Shown here one piece after another: positions 17,285 through 26,902 of a DNA stretch of 47,083 nt. The notes under the pieces are model-generated. The model was not told the origin of the DNA and ran no database searches. It was given only the letters and a program-made list of their open reading frames with translations. The position numbers and the translations under genes were made by a program. Origin of the DNA: Candidatus Pacearchaeota archaeon (lineage in GTDB: Archaea > Nanobdellota > Nanobdellia > Pacearchaeales > GW2011-AR1); the NCBI GenBank assembly GCA_023132255.1, contig JAGLYK010000006.1, forward strand, positions 1-47,083. The letters are read 5' to 3'. How positions within the stretch are numbered: the stretch's first letter is position 1; every line of letters begins with the position of its first letter.

Positions 17285-19081
17285 TTATTTCATTGGATGC
17301 CTTTCAAAAAATTCCCAAATCATATCATTTACATTAAAATCAGGAATAAGCGGACCTATGGCATTTTTCCATGCTGTACATATGAAACCATCTGGATTGA
17401 TTTTGCATGATTCAGCAGAATACTCGTCTTTTCCAGGCCAGACATGGCCCCCTCCATAACAAATGCATAAAACTATTTCAGCTCCATCTTGACAATTAGT
17501 ATAAGAAACACATGTAGTATTGTTTTCCTGATATATAATCTCCTGCTCTTCGGTGCAATTATTCAAATTCCTCCATTTATCAATATGTTCTTCTACACCA
17601 TCACAGCGATAAGTTTCATATTGAACAGGCACACCTATATTATTCCAAAAATCTGCAGCACATCCCCCACATATTTCTCCCCCTCCGTAAGGAGTGCACG
17701 GATCTTCAGTTCCACCAAAAGCAAATATCGGAACAGGTCTTGTTAAATCGCAATATTCAAAAGTACCCATAGAACCTCCTGGAGCAATAGCCGCAATTTT
17801 ATCTGATAATTCGCAAGCTATTCTATATGACATTTGGGCTCCATTTGAAAATCCTGTTGCGAAAATTCTTTTTGCGTCAATATTAAAATCTTTTTCCAGT
17901 TGTTTAATCATATTATCAATGAACCCAACATCATCAATATTATTTTCAAGCGCGCTCCCACAACATCTGCCGGCGTTCCAAGTGCCAAAGAACTTACCAA
18001 AAGCTTCTTTTCCAGTTCCCTCAGGATAGACAACTATAAAACCGGCTTCATCAGATTTATTATTTAACCCAAAATATTCAGGAGAGGAATTAGCATTTCC
18101 ACCCCCGCCATGAAAAGCCAAAACAATGGGCGTTTTAGTAATTTTGTCGTATAAATTTGGTACATGGACAATATATCTTCTTGTTAATCCATCATGAACT
18201 AATGAGAAATCATAGTCGCTAGGACCAAGAATGTAGCAAATCCCATCAACACAAATTCCTTCTGTACAAGTCCCACACTCATCAGAACCTCCACAACCAT
18301 TTGGTGCAGGACCACACACCCTGATTCCACAATCTGGTTCCAACATTCCATCACAACTCCCTCCGCAACCATCTGAACAAGTTTCTCCTACACAAATATC
18401 AGATGCGCACGAGCAATTATGGATGCATTCCCCCTTAACACAAATTCCATCAACACAACTCTCTCCACTACCACAACCAGGAGGGCAATTAACTCCTTCA
18501 CCACAATTATTTGTTTTAGTCCCGCACACCCATGTCCCGCAAGTAGTTTCAATAGGTTCAGAGATACATTCTTCTATATTAATTTCTCCAATGTCAATCT
18601 TGTATAATGAATCGCAAATCCCGCATTGTTTTCCATTTATAATTGCAGCAATTTGTATTGAATCTGGTTCTCCATCAAAACCAATCATATCATAAACATA
18701 AGTCAAATTACTATTTTTTTCAGGAAGTTTTATTCCCAAAGAACCGTTTGGATAATTCATAAGATTATTAATTGCAGATATTTCGTTGCTTATTGTAAAA
18801 CTCTTTTTTACTCCTCCTCCAGAAATTGTAACAAGAACTTTGTCAACATTTATATCTCTAATGCTTATTGAAAATTGAAGTTTATCTGAATCAGGGTCAT
18901 AATAAGTATGTAAATTATTCAGTGTTACTTTGTTAAGAGTTTTAGAACAGGATTCAATACTACTCATTTCATCTTTTATTATTTTATTTACAACTACCCA
19001 AACAATTGCAACAGCCACTAAAACTAATGCAATTAGAATTAATGTTGTAACAACTGTTGAAAGAGATCTTTTATTTTGCAT
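17285..19081 (-). CDS. Class III signal-peptide (pilin-like) protein with Cys-rich linker and PHB-depolymerase/LpqC-like esterase domain
   Basis: KRS|LSTVVTTLILIAL N-terminus; Cys/Gly repeats; FHGGGG, WNAG.CC, GFSNG, EDP, GGGHVWPG. Confidence 0.8.
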   Translation of the reverse strand: MQNKRSLSTVVTTLILIALVLVAVAIVWVVVNKIIKDEMSSIESCSKTLNKVTLNNLHTYYDPDSDKLQFSISIRDINVDKVLVTISGGGVKKSFTISNEISAINNLMNYPNGSLGIKLPEKNSNLTYVYDMIGFDGEPDSIQIAAIINGKQCGICDSLYKIDIGEINIEECISEPIETTCGTWVCGTKTNNCGEGVNCPPGCGSGESCVDGICVKGECIHNCSCASDICVGETCSDGCGGSCDGMLEPDCGIRVCGPAPNGCGGSDECGTCTEGICVDGICYILGPSDYDFSLVHDGLTRRYIVHVPNLYDKITKTPIVLAFHGGGGNANSSPEYFGLNNKSDEAGFIVVYPEGTGKEAFGKFFGTWNAGRCCGSALENNIDDVGFIDNMIKQLEKDFNIDAKRIFATGFSNGAQMSYRIACELSDKIAAIAPGGSMGTFEYCDLTRPVPIFAFGGTEDPCTPYGGGEICGGCAADFWNNIGVPVQYETYRCDGVEEHIDKWRNLNNCTEEQEIIYQENNTTCVSYTNCQDGAEIVLCICYGGGHVWPGKDEYSAESCKINPDGFICTAWKNAIGPLIPDFNVNDMIWEFFERHPMK

Positions 19082-19136
19082 AGGGGTAAAAGAAATAAGA
19101 AGTTTTTAAAATTATCTTAAGCATGCAAGTCTATTT

Positions 19137-19673
19137 TTAAACTTCCTCCTTAAACCTTTGCCCTAATTCAGAATCAGCAACATTAAAATAATCATAAAAA
19201 TCATCACTCAAATTTAATTCGTGAGTATGCCCTATTTTTTTCTTTTTAATTAACCCAAGTTCAGCAAATTTCTTCACATGCTCATATGCCTTGTTTCCAC
19301 GAATCTTAATCACAACTGACTGCTTTATGGGCTGCTTGAACGCAATTATTGCCAGAGTTTCCTGCTCTGCCTTTGAGAACTCAGCACTTCCTGTCGCCAA
19401 TTTATTTATTATCCCGGAATATTCCTGCCTCACATCCATTTTCCATAAACTATTTTTTTCTACAATTTCCATAGCTGACTCTTGTTTCTCATATTTATCT
19501 TTTAATTTATCAATCAGCTCATTAATTATTATCGGATTTAAATCACTAAGAGAAATTAATTCCTGCATATTCAAAAACCTGCCAGACACAAAAAAAACAG
19601 CCTCAAGTTTTTTCAAATCCTGTTTTTCTCTTGCTTCATCTATTTCCTTTAAGGTTTTGCTTGTCATCACCAT
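19137..19673 (-). CDS. scpB: SMC-Scp complex subunit ScpB
   Basis: LEAVFFVSG, ETLAIIAFKQPI, IRG motifs. Confidence 0.9.
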   Translation of the reverse strand: MVMTSKTLKEIDEAREKQDLKKLEAVFFVSGRFLNMQELISLSDLNPIIINELIDKLKDKYEKQESAMEIVEKNSLWKMDVRQEYSGIINKLATGSAEFSKAEQETLAIIAFKQPIKQSVVIKIRGNKAYEHVKKFAELGLIKKKKIGHTHELNLSDDFYDYFNVADSELGQRFKEEV

Positions 19674-19744
19674 GAATAAAATAATAAGAAGTTATTTATA
19701 AGCATTATCAATAATTATTTAATTACAAATTCCCTACCATCTTT

Positions 19745-20248
19745 ATGAAAAAGAAAATCCTAATCCCTCTTTTAATAATTCTCTTATTTGTCTTTACATT
19801 ATTTTTAATTCGTTTAACTTCTCCTCGGGAAATAGATGATGTTTCTCCTGAAATTCTTTGTGAACAGAAATATTTAGAAAAATCAGATATTCTTTGGATA
19901 ATCCCAAAATTTAATAACAAATCAATTTCAGAAAACAAAACATGGTGTCAAAAAATTTTAAGCTTAAACAAGACACTTGGCTTGCATGGAGTTTATCATG
20001 AGTTTGAAGAATTTAATACAAACAGAAATCAAAAATATTTGCAAGAGGGAATAAATATTTTTGAAGAGTGCTTTGGATTTAAACCAGAAATGTTTAAACC
20101 ACCGCAATTAAAAATTAGCAATGAGAATAAAAAATTAATAAAAGGAAATAATATGAAATTAAAATTAAATTTTAATCAATTAACTCATAAAGTTTATCAT
20201 TGTGATGATTCTGGAACTTTTCCAAATTGGGTTGTTGATTTGTTTTAA
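19745..20248 (+). CDS. Polysaccharide deacetylase-like (DUF2334-like) membrane-anchored protein
   Basis: N-terminal TM; IDDVSP, LHGVYH, FKPP motifs. Confidence 0.65.
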   Translation: MKKKILIPLLIILLFVFTLFLIRLTSPREIDDVSPEILCEQKYLEKSDILWIIPKFNNKSISENKTWCQKILSLNKTLGLHGVYHEFEEFNTNRNQKYLQEGINIFEECFGFKPEMFKPPQLKISNENKKLIKGNNMKLKLNFNQLTHKVYHCDDSGTFPNWVVDLF

Positions 20249-20847
20249 TTTTTTCCCAATTTCACAAGAACCCAATTTACAGGAATTACAAATAAAACAA
20301 AATAAGCCGTAGAAAATAAAACAGGATAAAGACTAAAATCAGGCATCCATGAAACACAGGGCTTCAAAAAACAATTCAAATTATGAGCTTCCCAAAAATA
20401 CAAAATAAAAGGCACAAGAATAAACACATGCAGCAAAGAACCTTTCCATGCATTTACTTTTTTTTCTTTTGGTTTTTGAATCAGGAAAAACCCTAAAACA
20501 GCCAAAGGTAAAACACCAAGATGCAGCAAAATTGAAATTGCTGACTCAGGAGAAATTGCTGTAAAAATATAATCTGTTGAACCTAAAAGATATTTGTCAA
20601 AAAACAACTTTGAGAGAAAATCCAAAGACCAATTAAGAGAGCCAACAGCCAGCAGGGAAATTTCTGCTGTTAGCCAAAAAAAACTTCTAAACAAAATAGC
20701 TAATCCAATCAGCAACGGGGCATGATTACACAACCAGAAAAAATCTACTAATGTTCCCTGCGTTGCCATTGAATAAATTCTTAAACTTGCAAGTAAAATC
20801 AACAACACCCCAATTGCATTTAACACACGCTCTTTTGTAATTTTCAT
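20245..20847 (-). CDS. Integral membrane protein
   Basis: Several hydrophobic helices; W.CNH and H...P motifs. Confidence 0.7.
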   Translation of the reverse strand: MKITKERVLNAIGVLLILLASLRIYSMATQGTLVDFFWLCNHAPLLIGLAILFRSFFWLTAEISLLAVGSLNWSLDFLSKLFFDKYLLGSTDYIFTAISPESAISILLHLGVLPLAVLGFFLIQKPKEKKVNAWKGSLLHVFILVPFILYFWEAHNLNCFLKPCVSWMPDFSLYPVLFSTAYFVLFVIPVNWVLVKLGKN

Positions 20848-20936
20848 TTTAAACTTGAAACAGGTTGCATAAAAAATTAAGAGAAGTTAGTTTAAATTAT
20901 TTTTTGATAATAGATTATTAAGGAAAGAGTTATTTT

Positions 20937-21683
20937 TTAAATTTTATTTTCTAATCTTAATATATATTTTTCTAATCTCTTAAGAAACTTTTGCCTGATT
21001 TTTTTATTTTTAGTTGGTCTCAATCTTAATTTTAAAGTTTCATGAACAATATGATTCTTATTTTTAATAGACCTTGCTAAATCTTTCCAAGAAGTTGAAA
21101 ACTCTTTTCCATTAAATCTTTGTTCGTCCTCAACAAGCCAAAATGTTCCTTTAACAATTTCAGAAAAACCAACTTTTTTATTTTTGTAAGAAGGGATAAA
21201 AATAGTTTTATAGAATCCAATTAATTTTTTTAAATCTTCTTTATTACTTCTAACTGGAAAATTAGAATGACCTAATCCTTTTCCATAAATCAGTTTATAG
21301 TTTGGGAGTTGTTTCACAATTCTACTAGTAGATTTTCCCTCTTTATCTCCACTCTTACAATGTACGCCCTTTTTTAATTCAAACAAGGAAACGCCAGCCA
21401 AATGAATGGGAAATCCTAAACTTATTTTATTTGCTTTTTCTATTTTCTTAAACTTTTTCAAAAATCTTGAATGTCTAATAATTATCATCAAATCAATATC
21501 GCTTTTTGCATTTATTTCTCTTCTTGGAAAACTGCCCTTGGAATAAATACCAATTATTTCTTCATTTGGTATATTTTTGAGAATTAAATTTCTCGCCTTT
21601 CTTACAACTTTAATCCCTTTTATTTCTATCTTGCTCTTGTTTTCCCAATCTGTCCAAAATTCTTTTTTCATTTTGTTTTCCAA
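20937..21683 (-). CDS. Pol-beta-superfamily nucleotidyltransferase domain protein
   Basis: IYSKGSF......SDIDL signature plus helical C-terminal domain. Confidence 0.75.
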   Translation of the reverse strand: MENKMKKEFWTDWENKSKIEIKGIKVVRKARNLILKNIPNEEIIGIYSKGSFPRREINAKSDIDLMIIIRHSRFLKKFKKIEKANKISLGFPIHLAGVSLFELKKGVHCKSGDKEGKSTSRIVKQLPNYKLIYGKGLGHSNFPVRSNKEDLKKLIGFYKTIFIPSYKNKKVGFSEIVKGTFWLVEDEQRFNGKEFSTSWKDLARSIKNKNHIVHETLKLRLRPTKNKKIRQKFLKRLEKYILRLENKI

Positions 21684-22288
21684 TATTTTTCTAAATTTTT
21701 TTCAGTCAGTGTTTTATCTAATTTTTTTATAAGATGATCAATTAATTTTGGAGGAAGATGTTTTTTGAATCTCTTTGTTTTAGCCCATTGCCTTTTTTTG
21801 ATTTGCTTTAGAACTTTCTTTTTGTTTGAGGTTAATTCAAAAACATCAATTAAAATTACCTTGTTTTTATCAATTCCTAAATTTGAAAAAAATTTAAATG
21901 TTTTTTCGTGTATTCCATATTTCCAAAGTTCTAACAAAAATTTTGTAATTTTATCAATTAATTTTAACTTCTCTACTTCCTTTAAATTTTGTAGTGCTTC
22001 TTCTAAAACCAAAACTTTTTTTTGTTTTATTTTCCCATGTCCAATAAATTCTAAATTTGCTAATAATTGTTTTGGGATTTTTGATTTTTTTACTATTTTT
22101 GTAGAGTTGTTTATATCAAAAATCATCTTGTCAGTTCTCTCATCCAATTCTTCAAGTTTATTCTTCCACGTCAAAAATTTTTCTACTTCCTGTTTTATTT
22201 CCGCACGATTTTTTGGAGTTTTGATAACATAAGAATTATGTAAGTCAACCCAACATTGCCAACCTCCCAATCTCTTTTTTTGTTCCAT
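21668..22288 (-). CDS. Atypical protein-kinase-like fold protein
   Basis: LGGWQ loop, VIK, GIHEKTFKFFSN (catalytic-loop-like), VILID. Confidence 0.5.
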   Translation of the reverse strand: MEQKKRLGGWQCWVDLHNSYVIKTPKNRAEIKQEVEKFLTWKNKLEELDERTDKMIFDINNSTKIVKKSKIPKQLLANLEFIGHGKIKQKKVLVLEEALQNLKEVEKLKLIDKITKFLLELWKYGIHEKTFKFFSNLGIDKNKVILIDVFELTSNKKKVLKQIKKRQWAKTKRFKKHLPPKLIDHLIKKLDKTLTEKNLEKYWKTK

Positions 22289-22330
22289 AATAAAAAATAG
22301 AGAATTATCTTTATAAAACTCCTTCTAATC

Positions 22331-23413
22331 TCAAATCCTAAACCTCAATATCCCTCCAATACCAGAGAGATTTAAGAATTGCTCTCCCTCAGGATTATCA
22401 ACAGAAATAATCTCAACTCCAGAGCCAGTATTCTTTGCAATATCAATTAACTCTTTGGAAATTTTTTTATTAATCTTCTTGGAAATCAACAAAGTTTCAA
22501 CAGCCCCGTAATTCAAGGCGTGTTTCGTATCCTTTTCTCCGCGCGTCGTTAAATCAGGTTTCTCCCCCAATGTTTCAAAAAACTTCTCCAAAACTTTTTT
22601 TTCACGAACAATCTCCTGCTCAGCCAAAACATCCTGACTTGCTGTAACCAAATCTTTCAACCCTGACTCGTCTGTGTTTCCAATGTCCTTCACCCCAATA
22701 ACTTTTTCCTGCAGCTGTGTCTTTAAATATTTCCCGTCAAGAAACTCATCTTTTGTCGGCACAGGCCCTCCAACCAAAATTCCCTTTAACTTTTTATTCT
22801 CAAAAAAAATCTTTTTCATTTCTTCAGCAACCCTCTTGTAAAAATCTCTTGTCAAGCCCTCTGTAATTCTGTGAAATCTTTGAGAACTTTGACCACCAGC
22901 CCGAATCTTACTTGGAATTCCCGAAGTCATTTTGTGTAGCATCTCAATTCTCTTTCCTTCCAGCATCCCAATAGTTGCTTCTTTTCTGTCCATTACAAGC
23001 AATCCAAAAACCTCATCAATCTCCAGCTGGTCCTGCAACGCATCCAAAACAAATTCTTTGTCACAACGGTAAAGCCTCATTTTCAACGGTTGCAGTGGCT
23101 CAACATCCCACAACTGCATATCACTTTGTCCTTCCTTCTTTGAAATATTCCCTGCAAAAACAGCCATCCCATTTTCAGGTGTCTTCTTGAAATCCTTCAA
23201 AAATCTCACAATCTTATCCAACGCCTCTGAAACATTTTTCCTCGTCGCAGTGGACTTAATATTTTTCGCAGTAGACTTCTCTGCCTCCAACTGCCTTTGC
23301 ACAGCATTCACATCATAACCCGCAGGAATATAAACACTAATCAATTCAGTTGCCCGACCCTTATGCTGAGAAAGTTCTTCTAAAACATTTTCTAATTCTT
23401 CTTTTGTTAACAT
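22331..23413 (-). CDS. prf1: Peptide chain release factor aRF1
   Basis: NIKS, YRCD, GGQS..RF motifs. Confidence 0.96.
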   Translation of the reverse strand: MLTKEELENVLEELSQHKGRATELISVYIPAGYDVNAVQRQLEAEKSTAKNIKSTATRKNVSEALDKIVRFLKDFKKTPENGMAVFAGNISKKEGQSDMQLWDVEPLQPLKMRLYRCDKEFVLDALQDQLEIDEVFGLLVMDRKEATIGMLEGKRIEMLHKMTSGIPSKIRAGGQSSQRFHRITEGLTRDFYKRVAEEMKKIFFENKKLKGILVGGPVPTKDEFLDGKYLKTQLQEKVIGVKDIGNTDESGLKDLVTASQDVLAEQEIVREKKVLEKFFETLGEKPDLTTRGEKDTKHALNYGAVETLLISKKINKKISKELIDIAKNTGSGVEIISVDNPEGEQFLNLSGIGGILRFRI

Positions 23414-23449
23414 AATCTAGGAAAAGAAATAGTGTTTATAAAATATTAG

Positions 23450-23875
23450 TTATCTTCCTTTAATTGTCTTCTGATTAAACAATTTTCCTATTCCTAAAAA
23501 ATCATTTGTTAATTTTCCTTTTCTTCCATAATTCTGTTTTAAAATTTCTTCAATTAAACTATAATCTTGTTTATCTGTACAAGCAATCCCTATAGGAATA
23601 AAAGTTCTCTCTTTAGATAAAACATAATTATAAAAAGTTTGAAGTTTTTTTGAATCTTCCTCAAGTTCACTAACAAAAACATGCCCAGTTATATTAGACT
23701 TATGGTTAGGTTTAAAATCATAAAAATCAACCCATAGGGAAGGTTTTGCAACATCTCTAAAATCCTCAAAATGTTCATATAACCAATTTACAACTTGCTC
23801 TTTGTAATCTATTGTATGATTTTGGTTAAGATACCAGAAATTTATTAAATCTCTTTTAGTAGAATCTTTTTCCAT
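23450..23875 (-). CDS. Hypothetical protein
   Basis: 141-aa ATG ORF between valS and aRF1. Confidence 0.6.
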   Translation of the reverse strand: MEKDSTKRDLINFWYLNQNHTIDYKEQVVNWLYEHFEDFRDVAKPSLWVDFYDFKPNHKSNITGHVFVSELEEDSKKLQTFYNYVLSKERTFIPIGIACTDKQDYSLIEEILKQNYGRKGKLTNDFLGIGKLFNQKTIKGR

Positions 23876-23943
23876 AAAAAATTCATATCTTTTATCTTTT
23901 TAAGAATTATTGTTCTACAAACTCCACTTTAAATTTTCTAGGT

Positions 23944-26313
23944 TCAAACCAACCCATGAGCAACAATCAAATCCTTTTCAAAATCTTTTAAACTCTTTGG
24001 AATCTTAATTCCAGATATTTCATTTCTTAAACTAATGCTTTTGTCTTTTTTCTTTTTCCAAACCTTGCTGTTGAAGTTTACAAGTTCGTCAATTAATTTT
24101 AAATTGCTTTTGGGTTTTTTTGCTTTTGGAAATTCTTGTTTAAGCAAATTAATTTTTTTCTCTTTGGCAATTGTTGTTGTAATTTGAGGGATAATTGGAT
24201 ATGCTAATGTTAAAAATCTTTCAAGCAAGAAATGAAGAGTGTATTTAGCAGAGTCGCTTTCCTTTTTTGTGAATTTTTTATTTTGGTTATAAGCTCTGCT
24301 CTTGACAAGTTCAATATAATGCGAGGCAAAAATTTCCCATAAAAAATTTCTGAGTTTCAAGGCAGGATGATGAAAATTATATTTTGCATATTTTTTGTCT
24401 GAAAATTCTGTAAGCTCCTCAATATAATTTATAAATAATTCATCAAATTTTTCAGTCTTTGGCTTTTGCTTTGGCTTGTCAAATAACATTACAAATTTTG
24501 AGACATTTAATATTTTATTAAGTGTCTTTTTTTCAGAATCAATTCTTTGTGGTGAAACACTTAAATCTTGCTTGGACAAATCTCCTTCTGTAGCCGCCCA
24601 GAACCTTATGGCTTCTGCACCAGATTGCTCAACGATTTTTTGAGGGTTAATAATATTCCCAAGAGATTTAGACATTTTTCTGGCTTTTTCATCTAATAAA
24701 TGCTGGTGGACCCAGACATCTTTAAAACAAGGTTGTCCTGTTTCCAAATATCCTCTTAAAAGAGTATAATAAAGCCAGGTTCTAACAATTTCTTTGCCCT
24801 GTGGTCTTAAAGTTGCAGGATAAGCTTTTTTGAAAAATTCATTATCCTGTTTATATTTTAAAATATATAATTCAGAAATTGATGAGTCCATCCATGTGTC
24901 AAAAATTCTTTCTTCTCCAGTCCATTTGTGTTTGAAATCTTTGACTTTTCCAATTATTTTTCCATTGTCCAGAACATCTGCATTTTCCGGAACTTTTTCT
25001 TTCCATGGTTTATAGTATTTTCCTTGCTGTGGAACAGCAACCAAACCATTTTCAGAATACCATAAAGGGATTTCAGTAGCATAAAATCTTCTTCTTGAAA
25101 TAGGCCAGTCAATTGAAATTGAATCAATCCAGTCTTCAAGAATTTTTCTGGAGCTTTCCGGATAAAAATTAATTTTTTTAGAAATCTTTCTGATTTCTTC
25201 TTTGAATTCTAATTGTTTTAAATAAAACTCAGGCATTTCAATGAATTCAATTTCTGCTCCAGACCTTTCAGAAATAGGGGTCCTGTGAGTTATTTTTTCC
25301 TGTTTAAATAATAAATTTTTTTCTTTCAGTTTTTCAATAATTTTTTTTCTTGCTTCCTTGATTTTTAATCCTTGCAAAAACCCGGCATTTTTATTCATGG
25401 TTCCATCTTGGTTAATTGCAATAACAGGTTTTAATTTTTGTTCTCTAAAAAATTGAATGTCAGATAAATCTCCTGCAGAACACATCATAACAATTCCTGT
25501 GGCTTTTTCAGGGTCTGCTAAAGGATGCGCCTTGATTGGAATTTCTTTTTTAAATAAAGGAGAGATGGCGGTTTTTCCTTTAAGATGTTTATGTTTTTCA
25601 TCTTTAGGATTAAAAATTATCATTCCGCAAGTGCAGATTAATTCCGGTCTTGTAGTGCCGATAATTATTTCTTTTCCAGTTTCTTTGATTTTCCATTTAA
25701 CATAAACAAATTCCGAGATTAGGTCTTTGTATTCTATTTCAGAATCTGCAATTGTTGTCTGGAGTTTAGAGTCCCAGTTATTGATTCTAACATCTTCGTA
25801 AATTAATCCTTTTTTGTATAATTCAATAAAAGTTGATTGTGTCAAGGTTCTGTATTCTGGAGAATCTGTTTTGTAAACAGCTCCAATGTGGCTTCCTTCT
25901 TTGTAAGAAGTAAATGAAATCCCCAACTTTGCAAAAGAGTCCTGTGTTTCTTTAGACCCGTCGCTGATTAGTTTCTTGCAATATTCAATGAATTTTTCTC
26001 TTCCAATTTTAAATGGAGAAACTTTGAATTTTTTTTCAGCGCCCATTTCAATAGGCAAACCATTTCTGTCCAGCCCTAAAGGGAACAAAACTTCAAATCC
26101 CTTCATTCTTTTGTATCGTGCAAACATGTCCATGAAACAATAAGTAATTGCCTGGGCAATATGGATTGGCGCATTAACATAAGGTGGGGGAGTGTCGATT
26201 GAATAAATTTCCTTTTTTGTTTTTGGATTAAAATTAAACATCTCAGACTTTTTCCATTTTTCAGTAATCTTTTTTTCTATTTCAGTATTCCAGTTTTTAG
26301 GTAACCCTTTCAT
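23944..26313 (-). CDS. valS: Valyl-tRNA synthetase
   Basis: IDTPPP, HIAQ (HIGH variant), TTRPE, DWPISR, DTWMDSS, KMSKS. Confidence 0.93.
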   Translation of the reverse strand: MKGLPKNWNTEIEKKITEKWKKSEMFNFNPKTKKEIYSIDTPPPYVNAPIHIAQAITYCFMDMFARYKRMKGFEVLFPLGLDRNGLPIEMGAEKKFKVSPFKIGREKFIEYCKKLISDGSKETQDSFAKLGISFTSYKEGSHIGAVYKTDSPEYRTLTQSTFIELYKKGLIYEDVRINNWDSKLQTTIADSEIEYKDLISEFVYVKWKIKETGKEIIIGTTRPELICTCGMIIFNPKDEKHKHLKGKTAISPLFKKEIPIKAHPLADPEKATGIVMMCSAGDLSDIQFFREQKLKPVIAINQDGTMNKNAGFLQGLKIKEARKKIIEKLKEKNLLFKQEKITHRTPISERSGAEIEFIEMPEFYLKQLEFKEEIRKISKKINFYPESSRKILEDWIDSISIDWPISRRRFYATEIPLWYSENGLVAVPQQGKYYKPWKEKVPENADVLDNGKIIGKVKDFKHKWTGEERIFDTWMDSSISELYILKYKQDNEFFKKAYPATLRPQGKEIVRTWLYYTLLRGYLETGQPCFKDVWVHQHLLDEKARKMSKSLGNIINPQKIVEQSGAEAIRFWAATEGDLSKQDLSVSPQRIDSEKKTLNKILNVSKFVMLFDKPKQKPKTEKFDELFINYIEELTEFSDKKYAKYNFHHPALKLRNFLWEIFASHYIELVKSRAYNQNKKFTKKESDSAKYTLHFLLERFLTLAYPIIPQITTTIAKEKKINLLKQEFPKAKKPKSNLKLIDELVNFNSKVWKKKKDKSISLRNEISGIKIPKSLKDFEKDLIVAHGLV

Positions 26314-26364
26314 ATATTTTTACCATCAAGAAACTTTTAAAAACTATCTATCTATAAAATAATC

Positions 26365-26526
26365 ATGGCTCAAGATACACAAGTCCAGATGCCCGGCGGA
26401 TTCGGCGGGTTAATGAGGTTCAGCGAAGAATACTCAAGCAGGTTCAGTTTAAAACCAACGCATGTAATTGTATTTATAATTTTGATAATTGTTTTTAGAT
26501 TTTCCTTGGGGGTGTTTTTTGGTTAA
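26365..26526 (+). CDS. secG: Preprotein translocase subunit Sec61beta (53 aa, missing from ORF track)
   Basis: MPGGFGGLMRFSEE...LKPTHV followed by one TM helix. Confidence 0.88.
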   Translation: MAQDTQVQMPGGFGGLMRFSEEYSSRFSLKPTHVIVFIILIIVFRFSLGVFFG

Positions 26527-26527
26527 A

Positions 26528-26857
26528 ATGTTTCCAGGAATGAACCCAAAAAAAATGCAGGCAGTTATGAAGCAAATGGGAATCTCGCAGGACGAGATTG
26601 ACGCTTCAAGAGTTATAATTGAAAAAACAGACAGCACCAGAATAATTATTGAACCTGTTTCTGTGACAAAAATAAAAATGCAGGGACAGGAAACTTTTCA
26701 GATTGCAGGGGAAATCAGGGAAGAAACTTCTGCTCCTGAAATTTCTGAGGAAGATATAAAAACAGTTATGGAAAAAACCAATAAATCTGAAGAAGAAGTG
26801 AGAGAGGTTTTGGAAAGAACAGGGGATTTGGCAGAGGCGATTTTGGAGTTGAGTTGA
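26528..26857 (+). CDS. nac: Nascent polypeptide-associated complex protein
   Basis: MNPKKMQAVMKQMGI, FQI.G, C-terminal GDLAEAILEL; start reassigned to ATG 26528. Confidence 0.92.
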   Translation: MFPGMNPKKMQAVMKQMGISQDEIDASRVIIEKTDSTRIIIEPVSVTKIKMQGQETFQIAGEIREETSAPEISEEDIKTVMEKTNKSEEEVREVLERTGDLAEAILELS

Positions 26858-26902
26858 AAGTTGTTTGTTTACTTTTTTTCTAAAAAAGAAGATGCTTTGT
26901 GA

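Noticed and set aside
18180-18570. Cys/Gly-rich low-complexity DNA repeats
   Set aside because: Explained by the protein-level Cys-rich linker of the pilin-esterase.
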